The notes under the pieces: generated by a model
What the model was told of the DNA's origin: nothing
Seen by the model: the letters and a program-made list of their open reading frames with translations, nothing else
Databases searched by the model: none
In this document: positions 1-12,218 of the stretch, in pieces
Layout: every line of letters begins with the position of its first letter
Position numbering within the stretch: the stretch's first letter is position 1
Assembly: GCA_965222895.1 (NCBI GenBank)
Contig: CBDCVB010000002.1
Coordinates: forward strand, 1,349,663-1,413,662
Direction of reading: 5' to 3'
Length of the DNA stretch: 64,000 bases
Source of the DNA: Dehalococcoidia bacterium
GTDB lineage: Bacteria > Chloroflexota > Dehalococcoidia > Lucifugimonadales > UBA3495
Position numbers and translations under genes: made by a program

Positions 1-692
1 CAACCTGAACCGGTTGCTCACCCCGTTGCGCTGGTATTCGTAATCGTAGGTCTGGGCCGCCCCAGGCCGCGACGGGCGGGGCGGACGGGTCGCGCTTACC
101 TGCGGCTTGCTGGTCTCGTCCAGGCACACCAGCACTTCGTTGTCTCCATAGGCGCGATGATAGACTCCAGCACGTCTTCCATCGCGCACACGAACTCGGC
201 GCTGCCCTGGGGCGGGATGCACCAGCATTCTTTCAGCCAAGGCTTGGGTTCGTTTTTTTGAGCGTCTGGCGCACCGTTTCAGGGCTGATGCTCTCCACTA
301 TCTCCCGTTCTACCAACCGGTCGGCCAACAACTTCAGCGTCCAACTGGCCCGACCCTCGGGCGGTTCTCCGCAGGCCAGGGCAATCAGATGGGCTTCCCC
401 CTGACCGTCCAACCGCTTCTGCCTCCGGTTCAGTTGCTCCTTGCGCCCCAAGGCCCGCTCCAGACCCTCTGCCACGCAGCGGCGGCGCACCCGTTCCACC
501 GTCGCCCGGCCAATCTGGCAGGCCCCCGTCCCCTTGCTCCTCATCACTCAACAGCAGGATGCGGGCGTGGGTCTGCAGCAGGATGCGGGCGTGGGTCTGC
601 CGGTAGGCCGCCGCCCGCCCTCTCATTACCATTGCCTTCAATTCCTCCCGCTCCTCCACGCTCAGTTTGACCCGGTACTTCTTCTCCATCAC
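1..692 (-). pseudogene. IS630-family transposase gene, about the first 230 codons (continues past the window start), broken by at least three frameshifts
   Basis: Minus-strand reading gives MMEKKYRVKLSVEEREELKAMV..THARILLLSDE (ORF 279..692). A second frame gives ..RATVERVRRRCVAEGLERAL..EAHLIALACGEPPEGRASWTLKLLADRLVEREIVESISPETVRQTLKK (ORF 233..547). Two further frames below 260 give KNEPKPWLKECWCIPPQGSAEFVCAMEDVLE and VYHRAYGDNEVLVCLDETSKPQ..YDYEYQRNGVSN. This is the canonical IS630/Tc1-like order of HTH, HTH and start of the DDE domain. Frame changes lie near 520-545, at the T7 run 253-259 and near 165-175. Confidence 0.75.
552..599 (-). repeat. perfect 24-bp tandem duplication (2 x CAGCAGGATGCGGGCGTGGGTCTG) inside the IS630 reading frame
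   Basis: 552-575 and 576-599 are identical. The duplication is in frame and duplicates QTHARILL in ORF 279..692. Confidence 0.95.
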
Positions 693-764
693 TCACTCCC
701 CGCACCTTATTCTTTAGCTCCTTTAATTCACCTCATTATCAATCAGTTCAAAGCTGTTGGACTA

Positions 765-907
765 CTAGTATTACAACGACGGGTTATTGTGGCGCTTCGG
801 AAACGCTTCGTAAGGCGGGTCTGCTGCGATAGCTGGCGGGCGCAAATCTAAGAAGGGAACGAATGGGCATCAGAGGTCGCACCTCGAATGCGTCGTTGTA
901 ATACTAG
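765..907. repeat. 17-bp perfect inverted repeat pair separated by 109 bp, just upstream of the IS630 transposase start
   Basis: CTAGTATTACAACGACG (765-781) is the exact reverse complement of 891-907, and the outer flanks GGACTA / GGATC are also similar. It could be an IS630 terminal IR plus a solo IR, or a MITE-like hairpin. Confidence 0.8.
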
Positions 908-1304
908 GATCCCGTACGAAGAAAGGGGGGAAGCGTGGAATGCGCCTCCCCCTTTCACATCCAAACGCAAAAGCAGGAGAAAAGCGATGATACTATGGCC
1001 TTTTGGCTAACAAGTTCACAAGCTTTCGCAAGAGTTGCGCCGTGAGTTGCTCAACAAATTTAGTATTGCGTCGGAGGATGCCGGGGCGATGCGCTACGTG
1101 GCTAAACGAGGCAGGCCTGGCACCGGGCACGTCAACCGGGTGTTCATCTTCAATCCGGCCATGCTTTCTCATCTGGAGTTAGCGTCAGCCAACTATGAAA
1201 ACCTGACGACTCTGAAGAAGGGTCTGCTCTTCACCGGGCACATCATGAAGGGCCACGAAACCTCGAAAGCAAACTTGGTCGTTCTCTCAGATCAACGCGC
1301 CTTG

Positions 1305-2280
1305 TAAGAGCCTATCCTAATAACCCTGCGGCTCTGAGGGTGATGAGAGCACAGGCGAAATGCAGGAAGGCGATGTAGTGCTCGGGGGCCTTGTCCCAGC
1401 GCACCAGAATGCGTCGAAACCGGTTCAGCCAACTGTGGGTGCGTTCCACCACCCAGCGCCGCGCCTTGAACCCGGCTGCCCGCTTGATCGCCTTTGCCTC
1501 CTCGCCCCGACTGCGGATGTGGGCGGTGAAGCCAAACTCTGCCAACGTGCGGCGAACCTCGCCATAGTCGTAGACCTTGTCCAGGCACATGCCCTGGGGA
1601 GTCTCCGGACCCGGCGTCGGTCGCGGTATCGGCACACTGTCCAAGGTCGCCCGTACCAGCTTCATGTCGTGGCGGTTGGCTCCGTCCACCGCCAGCCCCA
1701 CCGGAATGCCCCGGGCTTCGGCCAACAGGCGGCGCTTGACCCCGCTCTGACCCCGGTCGGTGGGATTGGGCCCGGTTTTTCCCCCGCCCAGGGGCGCTTT
1801 GGTCAGCGCCCCGTCCCTGCTCAGCCAACTCCAGTCCAGCCCCGGCAATTCATCGAACCGTTCCAGACCCTCCCGCCACAACTCCAGGAACACCCCGGCC
1901 GCGGTCCATTCCTGAAAGCGCAGATGGGCCGTGGAGCCGGAACAGCTGCCGGTGGCATCCAGGGCTTTCCACTGACCGCCGGTGCGCAGCACGTAGCAGA
2001 TGCCGTCGGCGCAGGTGCGGTCGGGAACTCGGGGCCGGCCCCCGCCCAGGGGATGGGTATTCACATGCTGGGGGATCAGGGGCGCCAGCACTTCCCAAAG
2101 CTGGTCGGAAACCCGGAAAGCGCCGGTGGTGGGATTGGTTCTGTTGGTTGGGCCGTCCCGCTGCGGTCGGGACGGCTTGGCATCATTCGCTTTGGTCATT
2201 CCTCAACCATAGCCGCAACCCGGTCCAGCTGCCTTTTCCTGCTCATGCGGGTTTTTATCGGTTTTTAGGATAGGCTCTTA
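1305..2280 (-). mobile_element. complete IS5-family insertion sequence (about 976 bp) with 16-bp perfect terminal inverted repeats
   Basis: TAAGAGCCTATCCTAA at 1305-1320 is the exact reverse complement of 2265-2280. A single transposase ORF fills the interior. The outermost TA at both ends may be the target duplication. Confidence 0.85.
1312..2199 (-). CDS. IS5-family DDE transposase (IS427/IS1031-like)
   Basis: 295-aa ORF with motifs typical of IS5 transposases: ..DGICYVLRTGGQWKALD..STAHLRFQEWTAAGVF..GGKTGPNPTDRGQSGVKRRLL..VDGANRHDMKL..GFKARRWVVERTHSWLNRFRRILVRWDK. Confidence 0.85.
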   Translation of the reverse strand: MTKANDAKPSRPQRDGPTNRTNPTTGAFRVSDQLWEVLAPLIPQHVNTHPLGGGRPRVPDRTCADGICYVLRTGGQWKALDATGSCSGSTAHLRFQEWTAAGVFLELWREGLERFDELPGLDWSWLSRDGALTKAPLGGGKTGPNPTDRGQSGVKRRLLAEARGIPVGLAVDGANRHDMKLVRATLDSVPIPRPTPGPETPQGMCLDKVYDYGEVRRTLAEFGFTAHIRSRGEEAKAIKRAAGFKARRWVVERTHSWLNRFRRILVRWDKAPEHYIAFLHFACALITLRAAGLLG

Positions 2281-2699
2281 GGACATCAAAAGTAAATGTC
2301 GTGATGCTTCGATATCTGCAAATTTATACAAGGGCGAAGCATCATGAGACCAACCGCCATATCATTCTTGGACATAGCTAGCTTGGTGCAAATGGGCTTC
2401 AAGTTACTGATTCTGCAGGATTGCTGGCAGGAAATATGGGCTTTGGTCCCTGGTTAAGGCCGTGCGTTAATAGCGCGATGGCCGCCAACCACGGATAGGT
2501 GGTACCGATTGTCCGCGAGCCCATACCGACCAGTGGTTGGTCGCACACGCTCGAAAAGCATCGGCAGCAAACGGAGTTGCCCAGCAGCGTTTTCGAGAAA
2601 CGCGGTTAGCCTTGTGGCGGAGGCATGATGTGGGAAGTGCCCGCCGAGCGGAGTGGTTGTTGAGCAAGACCTACCCCTCCTGTCCTGCGATACCGACCA

Positions 2700-3420
2700 G
2701 TCCTACTACACCGACGAGCAGTCGGTGCTCCCGTGGCCCTCAGCGAGTGGCTGCCCTCTGACGATCTGGCCTATTTCGTCTCCGAGGTGGTGGGCCAGAT
2801 GGACTTGTCGGACATCACGGCCCGCCGGGGACGGGGAGCAACAGGCCGAATTGAAGGCGGCGGTGCAGGGATTGCCGTCGCAAGCAGGCATCGACTCATC
2901 CAACTGGAAATGGAAGGCGGTCCGCCGGAATGTGCAGCACGGCTTCGCGTTGGCGCTGAGCCGGAGTAGTTGTCTGAACCACCCGCACCGCTTGGGATTT
3001 GTGCTGAAACGGTCCAAGAAACGTTTGCGCAAGGGCGGACCGAGTGCGGCGTTATGCTTTTATGGCGGAATATCGCGCGCTGACGGCAGCGGCGCGACGG
3101 ACGTGAGCCAAGATATTCTTCGCCGACGAGGCCCGTTTCCGAGCAGATGGCGACTTGAGGGGCAATGGGTTCTCAAGGGGGAACCAGCCCTAGTGGACTC
3201 CAACCGCACCGCCATCGGAAGGCTGAAGATGGGCAGCCGATGCAACAGCCACGCCAATGACTGCCCCCGTCTTCTACCTCCTGAACATTGGCCGCAAGGT
3301 CTGGTTGCCGGACCATCACCGGAGATGACGCACTCTCAAACCATTCACAGGACGCTTCCGCACCGACTATTTCCTACGCAAATACAACATTACGCCCATT
3401 GGCATACCGGCGTGGGTCAG
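2700..3420 (+). pseudogene. mosaic of IS remnants: an IS5/IS1182-type transposase N-terminal fragment followed by a degraded IS630-family transposase
   Basis: ORF 2733..2969 starts ..LSEWLPSDDLAYFVSEVVGQMDLSDI, a DUF772-like transposase N-terminus. ORF 2653..3423 contains ..NWKWKAVRRNVQHGFALALSRSSCLNHPHRLGFVLKRSKKRLRKG.. and ..RWRLEGQWVLKGEPALVDS.., resembling the IS630 winged helix and start of the DDE domain. No frame is intact. Confidence 0.5.
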
Positions 3421-3792
3421 TAACAATAGATACATAACGGCAGCGGGCGGTGGTCAGGGTGTTTGACGAAGGGAGGCGGCGACTACCCGGTATGCCTACC
3501 AGCGCGCTTCATGGGGCCATGAGAATTCGGCGGCCCAGCCTCGAAGCGTCCCCGGGATCTGAATTCCCCCGAGTGCTCCAGCGTGGCGCGCCGGAAGTTT
3601 CACCCAGTACCGATCATCCACACGGGCTCCGGGCAAGGTCCCGCGAAAGGTTCAGGTTTCTACACCACGGACCGCGCCCGTAACCAGTAACCCGGTCGGC
3701 ACAGGATGGCGAGATTGTCCACTACCCGACCAAACTTATCATCCACAAACCACAACATTAAACCACAACATTCCAACCCAGGGAGGCACTCA

Positions 3793-5786
<1,994 letters not shown>

Positions 5787-5812
5787 TCCCACTGAATCCA
5801 GCGGGAATTGCA

Positions 5813-5847
5813 GCCGGGGCGGTCACGGCGACTGCCCCGGCGTTTTT
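5813..5847 (+). terminator. rho-independent terminator after groEL
   Basis: GCCGGGGC (5813-5820), a 13-nt loop and GCCCCGGC (5834-5841), followed by GTTTTT. Confidence 0.7.
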
Positions 5848-6177
5848 AACGATGGTCGCCAACCGTGTCCGCAACACTTCAGGTTTGAGGGGAACCGGGT
5901 AATTGTAGGCACGGGAAGAGCTATTGAACCGGCGCTGCCGTCGCTCCAGGTAGCGTTTATCCGCCACCCTTGACACGAGGGCTCTCGTCAAGTTCAGCTC
6001 ACCAAGTTTTACGTTTGAGTTGCGGGGTACCGCACGTACTTGACGCCGCTTACCACCTTGCCACTGGTCTGCGCTCTGCAGGGCCCGGCAGAAACGGGGA
6101 TCAGCCTCGGTTGTCGGGACAGCAGGCAGTTGTCCGCACCGACCACGATCAGGGCCAATCAAACAAGGAGGAAACCC

Positions 6178-6381
6178 ATGTTCAGGAACATCCCAAGCAT
6201 CCGATTCGGAGTGACCGACGGCCGGAAGGCCGACGTTTTCATCAACGACCGGCCCGCCGGGGCTATCCAATTCTACCAGGGGACGACCTGGACCTACGAC
6301 CACCACGGTCTGACCCTGGTGGGAAGCCAACTGGACATCAGGAAGGCCATAGTGGGCCACAATCAGCCAGTGGGGGCTTAA
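6178..6381 (+). CDS. hypothetical small protein (67 aa)
   Basis: ATG 6178 is preceded by AAGGAGGAAACCC. The product MFRNIPSIRFGVTDGRKADVFINDRPAGAIQFYQGTTWTYDHHGLTLVG.. matches no family I recognise. Confidence 0.5.
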   Translation: MFRNIPSIRFGVTDGRKADVFINDRPAGAIQFYQGTTWTYDHHGLTLVGSQLDIRKAIVGHNQPVGA

Positions 6382-6483
6382 TGAAATGAGCGCTGGTCGC
6401 CGTGATTATCGTCTGCGCCGCCGCGCGCTACAACAAGCCCTGGACCTTGACTGACAACGGACCCACCGGCACTGATCGGATCG

Positions 6484-7023
6484 ATGGAGACAACAATGAC
6501 GACTTCGGACGAACACACTCCAGCGTTGGACCAGCTGTCCACGCCGGCCAGCAAATCGCAACAACAGACTTGGGCTCAGGACCTGCTGGATGTCATCAAG
6601 ACAAACCGAGACAACAAACCCGGCACCACAGCGCGGCTATCCCGACCACACCCCCCAAACGAAGCTGAGATTCAGACGCTGACTGCCGAGTTCATGGCCA
6701 ACGTCGATTCTGAACAGCACACGCCGGGAACCGGAGCGAATCGCCGTGACGGCCACAGCAGCAGCCGCGAATTCGCCATCGCTGCCCAGCAGGTCATGGG
6801 CGGCGCCACGGACGATACCCGCCGCCAGATGGCTGCCGCATTCGCCACTCTGATCGTCGAGCCGGCCCGCGCTGCGGCCGAACGTCGGAAAGACCGGGAC
6901 GTCGGCGTCAGGATCGTGGCCATGCAGGAGTTCATACAACTCCATCTGTTCAAAGGCGACGCCCAAGTCTACCTGGCCCGCCCGTTTGCTCAATTGACCT
7001 GTATCGCTGAGCCAGACCGCTAG
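6484..7023 (+). CDS. hypothetical protein (about 175-179 aa)
   Basis: Open frame following the small ORF. An alternative start at ATG 6496 has GGAGA upstream. No family recognised. Confidence 0.4.
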   Translation: METTMTTSDEHTPALDQLSTPASKSQQQTWAQDLLDVIKTNRDNKPGTTARLSRPHPPNEAEIQTLTAEFMANVDSEQHTPGTGANRRDGHSSSREFAIAAQQVMGGATDDTRRQMAAAFATLIVEPARAAAERRKDRDVGVRIVAMQEFIQLHLFKGDAQVYLARPFAQLTCIAEPDR

Positions 7024-7199
7024 ACGCCAGCGCAACGTTCGGCCGGGGTCGCCAACGATTTATCAGGTGGGACTTGCCAACAGGGCCATCGCGTTGCCGG
7101 CGTAACCCGGGATGATGGCCCAAGCCAACTGTCGGCGCTCTCAAGGGTATTTTAGGCTCAGAATTCGCTTCTTCTTCCATCTGTTGTCGCCATCGGTGT

Positions 7200-7860
7200 T
7201 CGCGGATAGCGTGTGCGTCCCGTTAACGTAGATGCGCATACACGTGATACGGACAGTAGACTGGTTAAAACAGACCCAGAATTTGGCTTGTGGGCTCGGT
7301 GTTCGAATTCTGGATTCTTCGTATCAGCCAGTTCCTCAGAACCGCCGGGGACTGCCGTGGCGTGCCAGCCGAATCCCCAGCGGGGCATTCCCATTCCCTC
7401 CAGCTTGCAGGTTACGTTGGGGCAGGCGGCCACGGCGCTGATCCCTCCCGCCACGCGGGGATTACTTCATCGTCCGGGTTGGCATAAATCCCGGATCGGC
7501 TAACGCCCCTGATGTGGTTGAGGATAATGAGCGATTCGGGCACCGCCGGGGCGAATTCGGCAAACTCGGTCAGTTGAGGGAAGGGCAGCATCACGTCCAG
7601 GGACAATCCATCCTGGCCAGGACCCGGGCCCCAGTGCGGAAGGCGTCGTTGGCCGATATTCCTTCAGCGTCCCGGTTGTCCAATTCCGGGTCCGGGCTCC
7701 AGGTAACGTTGTGGCGGATGCCCTTGAACCGATTGAGGCTCGCCGCCTGCAACGTCTCCAATACCGGAGCGACGCCCTCTCCCAGCTTAAGGTCGGTATG
7801 GCCTACAATGTCCGCCGCCCGGTTTTCACCGTAGACGCCGCTCGGGAGCTACCGGCCGTT
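7200..7860 (-). pseudogene. amidohydrolase-2 family (metal-dependent hydrolase) gene remnant, frameshifted and N-terminally truncated
   Basis: Three minus-strand frames together read ..NRFKGIRHNVTWSPDPELDNRDAEGISANDAFRTGARVLA.. / ..SLDVMLPFPQLTEFAEFAPAVPESLIILNHIRG..IYANPDDEVIPAWREG / ..ISAVAACPNVTCKLEGMGMPRWGFGW. This is the order expected for amidohydrolase_2 proteins. Confidence 0.5.
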
Positions 7861-8308
7861 CCCCTAACCGCGCTCCCCAACATGGCCGTTCCACCGACCG
7901 CGAATCGATTGCTATCCATTCCAATGGTGTTCCTACCATTGCTACCAATCCTTCCCGTGTCCCGGCGCCGGCGACCCGGGCAAACGGATAAAGCATCCCG
8001 GGCCCTTTCACCACAATGACAGCAACTAGTCAGATCACCAGGGGGTGAGAGAATGCTCAGCTGCGTTGCCTGCGGGGCCGAACTGGAGCCGCCCGTCCGC
8101 GTTCCCCACACCGTCTACGTCAAGAGCCTGTACCGGATCGGCGGCGAGGGCTACTGCCGCCATCACGTCATCAATGCGGCGCCGGCCCTAGCCCGGGGAG
8201 CGTCCTCAGACGAGCGGGCCCGACCTTACCAGCACTGACTCGATGTACGCCATCACCCTGCTCCATGGCCACAGTGTAACTCCGAGAACGATCATTTTCG
8301 CCTGCTGA

Positions 8309-9715
8309 CTAGTCGTCACCACCTGCAGGGCTGGTGGCAGCCGCGATTGGGCGGGCCGTGCCCCGAAAGTAGATATCGCGCCAGAAGCCGCTGGCGACCA
8401 CGGTGCCAACAACTACCAGGGTGAACGCGGCTCCCGCCACGGCCATGACATTACCCGCGGACCAGAAGTCCGCCAATCGGCCGTAGAGCAGGTTGGCGAA
8501 GGCCATGCTGCCGCCGATGTGCATGGAATACGCCGATGCAACCCGGCCCCGGATCTCGTCCGGCACCACGGACTGAATTATGGTGTGGGTGATGGTCATG
8601 AACCCGGAGGTACCAAGGCCCATCATAACCGCAGCGATCATGGAAATGCCGGTTTGCGACGATAGTCCCATCCCGATGGGCGTCAGGCTGCTGGTGAAAC
8701 CCAGCAGCAGGAACACTCTCCCTCGGGTCATGTGATTGATAATGCCCCCTACGAATACCGAAGAGAACAACGAGCCAATGCCCAGGGCTGCCATCAGGGC
8801 GTAAACGTCGTTCCCATTGAACGTTACCCCGTCGGGCGAGAGTTTCTCCAATGCCAGGGGCGGCAGCATTGACTCGAAGGACATCACTAGTACGCAGTGG
8901 GCCACCGCCATCAGAAGGATGCCGAAGACCAGCGGTGTGCTGTACACGTAAGCGAAGCCGGCGGCGGTGTTGCCCCAGAAACCGCGGCGCCGGTCGATGA
9001 CTCCCGACGATACCGTCCTGATGTTGAGCGCGGATATCAACGCCACCAGGTAGAAAGCCGCGCAGGCCCAGAAGACGATGGTGGAGGTGCCCAGGGTGAG
9101 CGCCAGGTTCTGGAGCGAGAACGAAAACCCTTCGGATCCAAAAATGGCGCTGCTGCCCACCGTGACGGAAATCGCCAGCAGGATGGCGGGCCCTACGGCG
9201 CGGGAACCCTGCTGCATGGCCTGGTTCAAGGCAACGGCGTTGGGCAAACGCTCCCGGTCCACCAGGTTGGGCGTCAACGACTGGGCAGCGGTCATCTGCG
9301 TGGAGCGCAACGTCCCGTTCACCACCGCCAGGACCACCACGTACCATGGGTTGGTGATGCCAATCATCACCAAAACGGCCATGACGGACGCCTGGGCGAT
9401 TTGGAGCAGATACACCCGCTGCAGCAGGGTTTTGCGGGTCATCTTGTCGGCCAGATAACCGATGAACGGGGTTGCAACGAAACGCGGCGACATGGCCGCG
9501 AAGGTGATTAGCCCAACCCACAAGCCCTGGGTGCCCTCCAGCTCGGGGATGCTGTAAACCCACGCTCCGCGAGCGACGATAAGGGCCCAGGCGCCGCTGC
9601 TGCTGCACAGCGTGGCAAAGGCCATGAATCGAAAATCCCGATAGACCAGCGCTGCAAGGAACCGATGCGCTCTCTGGGCAAAGAAGTTAGGTTGCGGTAC
9701 CGGGGTTGTGGTCAT
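8309..9715 (-). CDS. MFS transporter
   Basis: About 468 aa starting at MTTTPVPQPN.. (ATG 9715, AGGAGA upstream). It has many hydrophobic spans and resembles the EntS/MFS_3 type (..YRDFRFMAFATLCSSSGAWA..GYLADKMTRKTLL..). Confidence 0.8.
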   Translation of the reverse strand: MTTTPVPQPNFFAQRAHRFLAALVYRDFRFMAFATLCSSSGAWALIVARGAWVYSIPELEGTQGLWVGLITFAAMSPRFVATPFIGYLADKMTRKTLLQRVYLLQIAQASVMAVLVMIGITNPWYVVVLAVVNGTLRSTQMTAAQSLTPNLVDRERLPNAVALNQAMQQGSRAVGPAILLAISVTVGSSAIFGSEGFSFSLQNLALTLGTSTIVFWACAAFYLVALISALNIRTVSSGVIDRRRGFWGNTAAGFAYVYSTPLVFGILLMAVAHCVLVMSFESMLPPLALEKLSPDGVTFNGNDVYALMAALGIGSLFSSVFVGGIINHMTRGRVFLLLGFTSSLTPIGMGLSSQTGISMIAAVMMGLGTSGFMTITHTIIQSVVPDEIRGRVASAYSMHIGGSMAFANLLYGRLADFWSAGNVMAVAGAAFTLVVVGTVVASGFWRDIYFRGTARPIAAATSPAGGDD

Positions 9716-10832
9716 ATCTCGTCTCCTGCTGCCTCCGAAACCGGTTGGCAACGGCGGAAGAGCCTGGCCAGGCGGGCAGGAATGATCGAACATTGCTCAG
9801 CATCCGCGCAGTTGCCGTCGTTACCTGCAGTTTACGTGATGGTCACCGACGCATTGTAACCCACCGCGGCATGGGTCGAGATCCGAAACCCCCTACCGCT
9901 ACGGCGCCGACGGCTTTGCCTACGCCGCCCAGGGCAACCTGGACGCCCTCGTCATCGCCATGGACAACCGCCGCATCCGCTTCGTCCTGGAACTCCCAAA
10001 CCCTGAGGACTTCCGCCACACCAATCACAACCCGCCCCGGGAGTGCAGCGTCAGGGCCCATGAGGGGGCCCACGACCAGTCCTATCGCCAGAATTGGCGA
10101 GCTCTGCTGCTGGTGGTCAAGGCCAAGCTGGAGGCGGTGAGAGCCGGCATCTCCACCCTGGAGGATGTGAATGCCGCAGGACGATGCCCCGACCCAACAG
10201 ATTTGGAACGGCATCGGCTGGCGTTATGGCGACCCGACGTGCGTCCCGGAAGGTGGGTGCATCCTGACCGCCGTAAGTGGTAGACACATTGGTATGCTAA
10301 GAGCGCGAGATCCCGTTTTTTGACGGAATCCCCGTACAAATTGCTGGTGAAATCTAAGGACACTCACTCCGCCAGTTGTACGACATTTTGTGACCCCAGT
10401 CACTGCGTGTATCCTGACTGGATGGCTTCCAGTGGGATGAACCAACGGTAGCCGTCGGCGCTCGGATTGGGTCCGGAGCGCGAGCCCAATGCGGCGAATA
10501 GGGGTTTCGGGCGGCCCGGTCGTGTGCCATCTCGACCATCTGTTGCTGGGTTAGCATCAGGATGACAGAAAATTGTTGAACATGGTGGGTATCACCTGTC
10601 CTGGAGGTTATACTGTTTCGGCGCAGGATTTGTACGAGCACCGAAATCGCGCGGTGCGTACCACCATCTTCATCAGTTTTGAGAGCCGTGCATTGCGGGC
10701 CTGGACCAAAACGGTCAACCGGGACCAATCGGCAATGGGGGTGGCCGCCGTCCTGGAAGGGGACCAAACAAAATCGGCACGCAAACGGCACGGGCAGCCG
10801 ATAACCAGATAAACAAGGCCTGGTTTTTCGCC

Positions 10833-11975
10833 GTGCTTTCGCTGGCGGTGTTTTCCGCTCTAAGCGCGGTGTTTATTGTTCCGCCGCTCCTGGTGGAAAT
10901 TGCATCGGATCTGGATGTGTCGGTGCCGGTTGCGGGTCAGTTGGCGACCGCAACCTTTGCGGCCTGGGCCGTTTCCCTGTTGACGGTGGGCCCGTTGTCT
11001 GATTCTTTCGGCCGCCGCCCGGTGGCTCTAACCGGCCTGTTGGTGCTTTCCGTGTCCGTGCTGGCGTCGGCTTTTGCGCCCAATATCGAAGCGCTGCTGG
11101 CACTCAGGGTGCTGACGGGACTGGCCGGGGGAACACTGCCGCCCACCGCGGTGGGGGTAGTGTCCGACATCATATCGCCGGCCAGACGTGCCCAGGCGGT
11201 AACCGCCCTGTTGGCCCTCAACGGGGTGGTTTCGGCCATCACCGTCCCAATGGTCGCGGTGTTGGCAAATTGGGGTGGCTGGCAGGTTCCCTTCCTGGTT
11301 GCGGGCCTGCTGCTGATATTGGCGTTGCTGACGAACTGGATTTGGTGGCCGCGCGACAGCAGGGACCGAGTTGGCAACTGGGTATTTTTCTCGAGATACC
11401 GGTCGCTGCTGTCCGTGCGTTTTTTCCGGGTGGCCGTTGCGGTTGGTATGACGCAACGCATAGCTTTCTGGGCGACACTCAGCTTTTTCCCCGCCTATTT
11501 GATACATACCCACGAGGTGAGCGTAGGATTCGTGGCTTTACCGCTGGTTATAACTGCCATGGGGCAGGTGATTGGAAGCTATTCGGCGTCGTTCGTGACG
11601 CAACGAAGGCACCGCGCCATCCTCCTCGCTGGCACTTCCGTCGTGGGTGGGATTTGCGCATTCCTGTTCTTCTCTGTCGAGCTGGGACTCTGGGTATCAG
11701 TGGCCGTGGCCACGGTAGGCACGGGATTGCTGAGCGTGACAATGCCCGCCCTGGTCGCCGCAAGCACCGAGTATTCGGGAGAATCCAAGTCCACGGGAGC
11801 CAGTCTGATGGGTCTGAGCAACCAGTCCGGAGGCGCGCTGGGGGCTGCGATCGCCGGCGTGTTGCTGGCCAACACGGGCTACGTGGGAATCGGCTACCTG
11901 TGCCTCGGCGCTACCATTGCAAGCGCACTCATGACGGGGCTCTTCGGCCGGCAGTTCGTACCGAGGAGCGGTTAA
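10833..11975 (+). CDS. MFS transporter
   Basis: 380 aa with about 12 hydrophobic segments and the MFS loop motif GPLSDSFGRRPV after TM2. Confidence 0.8.
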   Translation: MLSLAVFSALSAVFIVPPLLVEIASDLDVSVPVAGQLATATFAAWAVSLLTVGPLSDSFGRRPVALTGLLVLSVSVLASAFAPNIEALLALRVLTGLAGGTLPPTAVGVVSDIISPARRAQAVTALLALNGVVSAITVPMVAVLANWGGWQVPFLVAGLLLILALLTNWIWWPRDSRDRVGNWVFFSRYRSLLSVRFFRVAVAVGMTQRIAFWATLSFFPAYLIHTHEVSVGFVALPLVITAMGQVIGSYSASFVTQRRHRAILLAGTSVVGGICAFLFFSVELGLWVSVAVATVGTGLLSVTMPALVAASTEYSGESKSTGASLMGLSNQSGGALGAAIAGVLLANTGYVGIGYLCLGATIASALMTGLFGRQFVPRSG

Positions 11976-12218
11976 ACGGCCGGCAATATGTACCACCAAA
12001 GGGGAACAGATTGCAATCGGGACGGAGACGGAACCAGCCGGCGATGGTGGGGATGGACAAGCGCTGCTGTGCGGTTGGTTGACACACTTCGCGGAACGAC
12101 CACCGAGTACCGGCGTTTACGTGGTGGTTCAGCTCATGCTTCCACCGGGTAGCCGTTCGTCGATTACCGCGATGGCTGGCGAGAATCGATACACCCTGGC
12201 TTCTGCAACCGGTTTAAT

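Noticed and set aside
1035-1307. 90-aa ORF that seems to be truncated by the IS5 insertion, since its stop lies in the IS terminal repeat
   Set aside because: If the IS plus one TA is removed, the frame still ends at TAG at the same position, so there is no evidence of disruption. The ORF has a TTG start, no RBS and no recognisable motif, so it is not called as a gene.
3424-3792. Search for a CIRCE/HrcA operator (TTAGCACTC-N9-GAGTGCTAA) upstream of groES
   Set aside because: Only an isolated GAGTGCT at about 3571 was found and there is no inverted partner. No heat-shock operator can be claimed.
8451-9608. 385-aa alternative-frame ORF within the MFS transporter gene
   Set aside because: It is on the same strand but out of frame with a 12-TM-like product. 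Its translation is Gly/Arg/Pro/His-rich and non-membrane.
10354-10791. 145-aa minus-strand ORF between the phage-like remnant and the MFS gene
   Set aside because: It has no RBS, a Cys/His/Arg/Pro-rich translation, no motif, and overlaps other equally weak ORFs.
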